From: Clostridia bacterium | GTDB taxonomy: Bacteria > Bacillota > Clostridia > Oscillospirales > CAG-272 | Assembly (NCBI GenBank): GCA_017937135.1 | Contig: JAGBEE010000003.1 | Location: 8,637 to 72,636, forward strand | DNA length: 64,000 nucleotides | Direction: 5' to 3' | Part shown: positions 61,641-64,000 of the stretch, piece by piece | Layout: each line of letters starts with the position of its first letter | Numbering within the stretch: position 1 is the first letter of the stretch | Notes under the pieces: generated by a model | Database searches by the model: none | What the model was told of the DNA's origin: nothing | The model's input: only the letters and a program-made list of their open reading frames with translations | Position numbers and translations under genes: made by a program

Positions 61641-62204
61641 ATGAAAATAGTTTTAGCATCTAAATCCCCACGCCGAAGAGAAATACTTTCAATGGTATTA
61701 CCCGACTTTGAAATTAGAGTTAGTGATGCAGATGAAGGCATATCTAATATAGACATAATGGACGTGCCAAGGGTGCTATCAATACGCAAGGCACAGGCAG
61801 TCGAAATAAAGGAAAATGAAATAATTATTGGTTGCGATACAGTAGTTATACACAATGGCGAGATTTTAGGAAAGCCAAAGGATGATAACGAAGCAATAGA
61901 TATGTTAAAAAAGCTATCTGACACTACACACTTAGTAGTAAGTGGCATATGTGTAAAAAGCAAGGACAAGGAATATTCAACCTCCTGTACAACAAGCGTT
62001 AAAATGCGTGCTCTTACGGATAGTGAGATGAATAGCTATGTAAATCGTTTCCACCCAACCGATAAGGCAGGGGCATATGGTATTCAAGAAATGGCAGGGG
62101 CGTTTGTTGAGAAAATCGACGGTGACTTTTATAACGTTGTTGGCTTACCACTTTGCATGCTTTGCCAAATATTGAAAAATGAGTTTAATGTAGATATTTT
62201 TTAA
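61641..62204 (+). CDS. maf: Maf-family nucleoside triphosphate pyrophosphatase
   Basis: Start at the ATG at 61641 (GAGGT upstream). KIVLASKSPRRREIL, GCDTVV, GAYGIQE motifs. Confidence 0.9.
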   Translation: MKIVLASKSPRRREILSMVLPDFEIRVSDADEGISNIDIMDVPRVLSIRKAQAVEIKENEIIIGCDTVVIHNGEILGKPKDDNEAIDMLKKLSDTTHLVVSGICVKSKDKEYSTSCTTSVKMRALTDSEMNSYVNRFHPTDKAGAYGIQEMAGAFVEKIDGDFYNVVGLPLCMLCQILKNEFNVDIF

Positions 62205-62228
62205 AAAAGGAAAGGGGAGTGTCTTATT

Positions 62229-63302
62229 TTGCTCACAAAAGGCGAGAAAAAGGAAAAAATATTAAGAGTGGTAGAGGCACTCAAAAAAATATATCCCGAG
62301 GCGCTTTGCTCACTAAATTACGAGGGCGACGGATATAAGCTTCTTGTGATGGGAAGATTAAGCGCTCAATGCACAGATGAGCGTGTTAATATCGTTTGTA
62401 AGGACCTATTTAAAAAATATCCAAGCGCAAAAAGCTTAGCCGATGCTAAGCTTGAGGATATAGAGGTAATTATAAAGCCCTGTGGCTTATATAAAATGAA
62501 GGCTAAAAACATCAAGGAGGAAGCAAGGAAGCTTCACTACGAATATAATGGAATAGTACCAAATACTATGGACAAGCTCCTTGAATTTGAGGGTGTTGGT
62601 AGAAAAATAGCAAATTTGTTGCTGGGTGATTTATACGGGCTTCCTGCAGTGGTTGCAGATACACATTGTATGCGAATTTGTGGCAGACTTGGTATGTATA
62701 AGGAGGGGCAAAAGGACCCACTTAAAACAGAGATTATAATGTCAGAGCTGCTCCCACCGAATGAGCAAAGCGATTTTTGTCACAGAATGGTGCTTTTTGG
62801 CAGAGAATTTTGCACAGCAAAATCTCCAAAATGCGACACGTGTCCCATAAAAAGCATATGCAAGGATGAAATAACGGTAAAAAAGCTTTCCAAATCGTAC
62901 AACTCGGTAGCACTTGACCTTGTTTGGCAGGTTTTCTCTGAATTTGAGGTGCCTGTTTTCCCCAAAGAGGGCGCAACAGAGTACAAAAGAATAATTGAAG
63001 AAACAAGAGAAAAGAATAATATAATCTTCTATGGCGCGTTTGACAAAAAACGTCTTGTTGGAGTCCTTGGTATGCGTGAAAATAATCATATTGGATATTT
63101 TTACGTTGATTCAGCCTATCACAAAAGAGGGATAGGCAAGCGTCTTTTCAATCTTATGAGAGGCGACTATGAAAAAAAGACCTTTACTGTAAATGCAGCA
63201 CCCTATGGTATTCCAATTTATACACGTCTTGGCTTCTTACCAACCGACACTCAACAAAATGTAAATGGTGTAATTTTCACTCCAATGAAATATGAGGAAT
63301 AA
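62229..63302 (+). CDS. Endonuclease III-like DNA glycosylase fused to a C-terminal GNAT acetyltransferase domain
   Basis: 357 aa with a TTG start (AGGGGAG upstream). HhH-GPD region (LEFEGVGRKIANLLL). 4Fe-4S loop CTAKSPKCDTCPIKSIC. Then a GNAT core (IGYFYVDSAYHKRGIGKRLF). Confidence 0.8.
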   Translation: MLTKGEKKEKILRVVEALKKIYPEALCSLNYEGDGYKLLVMGRLSAQCTDERVNIVCKDLFKKYPSAKSLADAKLEDIEVIIKPCGLYKMKAKNIKEEARKLHYEYNGIVPNTMDKLLEFEGVGRKIANLLLGDLYGLPAVVADTHCMRICGRLGMYKEGQKDPLKTEIIMSELLPPNEQSDFCHRMVLFGREFCTAKSPKCDTCPIKSICKDEITVKKLSKSYNSVALDLVWQVFSEFEVPVFPKEGATEYKRIIEETREKNNIIFYGAFDKKRLVGVLGMRENNHIGYFYVDSAYHKRGIGKRLFNLMRGDYEKKTFTVNAAPYGIPIYTRLGFLPTDTQQNVNGVIFTPMKYEE

Positions 63303-63334
63303 AAAAACAGGATTTTCAAAATCCTGTTTTTTTA
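63302..63334. terminator. Bidirectional rho-independent terminator
   Basis: A-run, CAGGATTT-TCA-AAATCCTG, T-run, between convergent genes. Confidence 0.85.
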
Positions 63335-63346
63335 TTCATATAGTAT

Positions 63347-63568
63347 TTATCCATTGAATGTCGTTGGTGTATCGCTAAGTCCGATTAAATAATCGGCTGA
63401 AAGGTTGTAAAATTTACATAGAAGAATTAAGTCCTCGATTTTTAATTCAGCGCGCCCCATTTCAATATGGTTGTAGCCCTGTTGAGATTTGCAAATAACG
63501 CGACCTATTTCGGCCTGCGTAAAATCACGGTCCTCACGCACATTTTTAATTCTCGTTCTATAATCCAA
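63347..63568 (-). CDS. XRE-family HTH transcriptional regulator
   Basis: 73 aa with a TTG start and GGAG 8 nt upstream. HTH FTQAEIGRVICKSQQGYNHIEMGRAELKIEDLILLCKFYNLSADYLIG. Confidence 0.8.
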   Translation of the reverse strand: MDYRTRIKNVREDRDFTQAEIGRVICKSQQGYNHIEMGRAELKIEDLILLCKFYNLSADYLIGLSDTPTTFNG

Positions 63569-63611
63569 AGGTGCATCTCCTTTTATATACTATATCTAAT
63601 AAGATACTACA

Positions 63612-63658
63612 ATACTCACAATTTGAGTATTGACATTTACTCAAACATTGAGTATAAT
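63612..63658 (+). promoter_or_regulatory. Consensus promoter with two ACTCA-N5-TGAGT operators
   Basis: O1 is ATACTCA-CAATT-TGAGTAT (63612-63630). Promoter is TTGACA (63630-63635), 17-nt spacer, TATAAT (63653-63658). O2 is TACTCA-AACAT-TGAGTA (63638-63654), inside the spacer. Confidence 0.7.
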
Positions 63659-63828
63659 ATATATAAATATTTTTAAAACAAAAGTCATATAAATTTAAAA
63701 ATTTTATAAATTGCAACCAGCAGTTGACAAAAAGCAACCGCTGATTGCTTGCAATATGGCTTTTGGTACGATAGAATACAAGCAAAGAAGCGAGTTAAGC
63801 TTGCAAGATAAGATTAAAGGAGAAGGCA

Positions 63829-64000
63829 AATGAAAAAATTTTTACTTGGAATTGTGTTAGTAATCTCAATTCTATTTGTATTTTCAAGCTGTATAACATC
63901 AGTTGAATTTGATGTTAATTTTATGGTTGAGGGTGAGGTTTATTACACCATTTCAACAAGTGGAACAGAGGCACTTAAAATGCCAGAAAACCCAACTAAG
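63829..64000 (+). CDS. Lipoprotein, 5' fragment (runs off the window)
   Basis: ATG at 63829 with AAAGGAGAAGG upstream. Lipobox VFSSC. Continues FDVNFMVEGEVYYT (Listeria-Bacteroides-repeat-like). Not in the ORF track because it is truncated by the window end. Confidence 0.7.

Noticed and set aside
61544-61969. 141-aa minus-strand ORF spanning the U32/maf junction.
   Set aside because: It is antisense to two well-supported genes. It is Ser/Ile/Phe-rich and has no RBS.

Overview
The window looks like a chromosomal segment of a low-GC, strictly anaerobic Firmicutes/Clostridia-type bacterium. This is inferred from AGGAGG-type ribosome-binding sites, TTGACA-17-TATAAT promoters, a class III ribonucleotide reductase, many lipobox lipoproteins and BspA-type leucine-rich repeats. 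Housekeeping genes include nrdG-nrdD-trxB, trmO, pnuC, tRNA-Ser(CGA), thiI, proBA, zapA, a U32 peptidase, maf and an nth-like gene. These are interleaved with large accessory blocks for cell-surface proteins.

1. An 11.6-kb block at 7966-19596 holds two clan GH-A-like hydrolases and three large lipoproteins, one carrying a TlpA-like thioredoxin domain. It is framed exactly by a ~263-bp inverted repeat that starts just after the stop codons of the two outward-facing end genes.
2. A two-gene module at 20547-23363 encodes a multi-pass membrane protein ending in an extracytoplasmic CTEC motif and a NapH-like polyferredoxin fused through one TM helix to an external TlpA-like thioredoxin. I read this as a possible CcdA/DsbD-independent transmembrane reductase.
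3. A ~16-kb co-directional run at 23782-40110 encodes a 2409-aa subtilisin-type envelope protease fused to BspA-like LRRs, a beta-helix lipoprotein, an Opp/Dpp-type ABC importer with unusual extensions, and a small membrane protein.
4. A LexA-like (Cys-Gly site) / small protein / UmuC-like polymerase cassette has a consensus promoter and a non-Cheo palindrome.
5. A membrane-tethered XRE regulator carries about 11 extracellular His/Cys-rich ~41-aa repeats plus LRRs.

Noncoding oddities:
- a terminator-type leader upstream of pnuC;
- a structured inverted-repeat region after tRNA-Ser;
- a ~230-nt hairpin-rich segment with its own terminator at 55361-55627;
- twin terminators that share a conserved loop;
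- a clear operator/promoter arrangement next to a small XRE gene.

No CRISPR array, rRNA, transposase, integrase or recognisable defence system was seen. All calls come from manual reading of the sequence and the ORF track. No database search or folding program was run.
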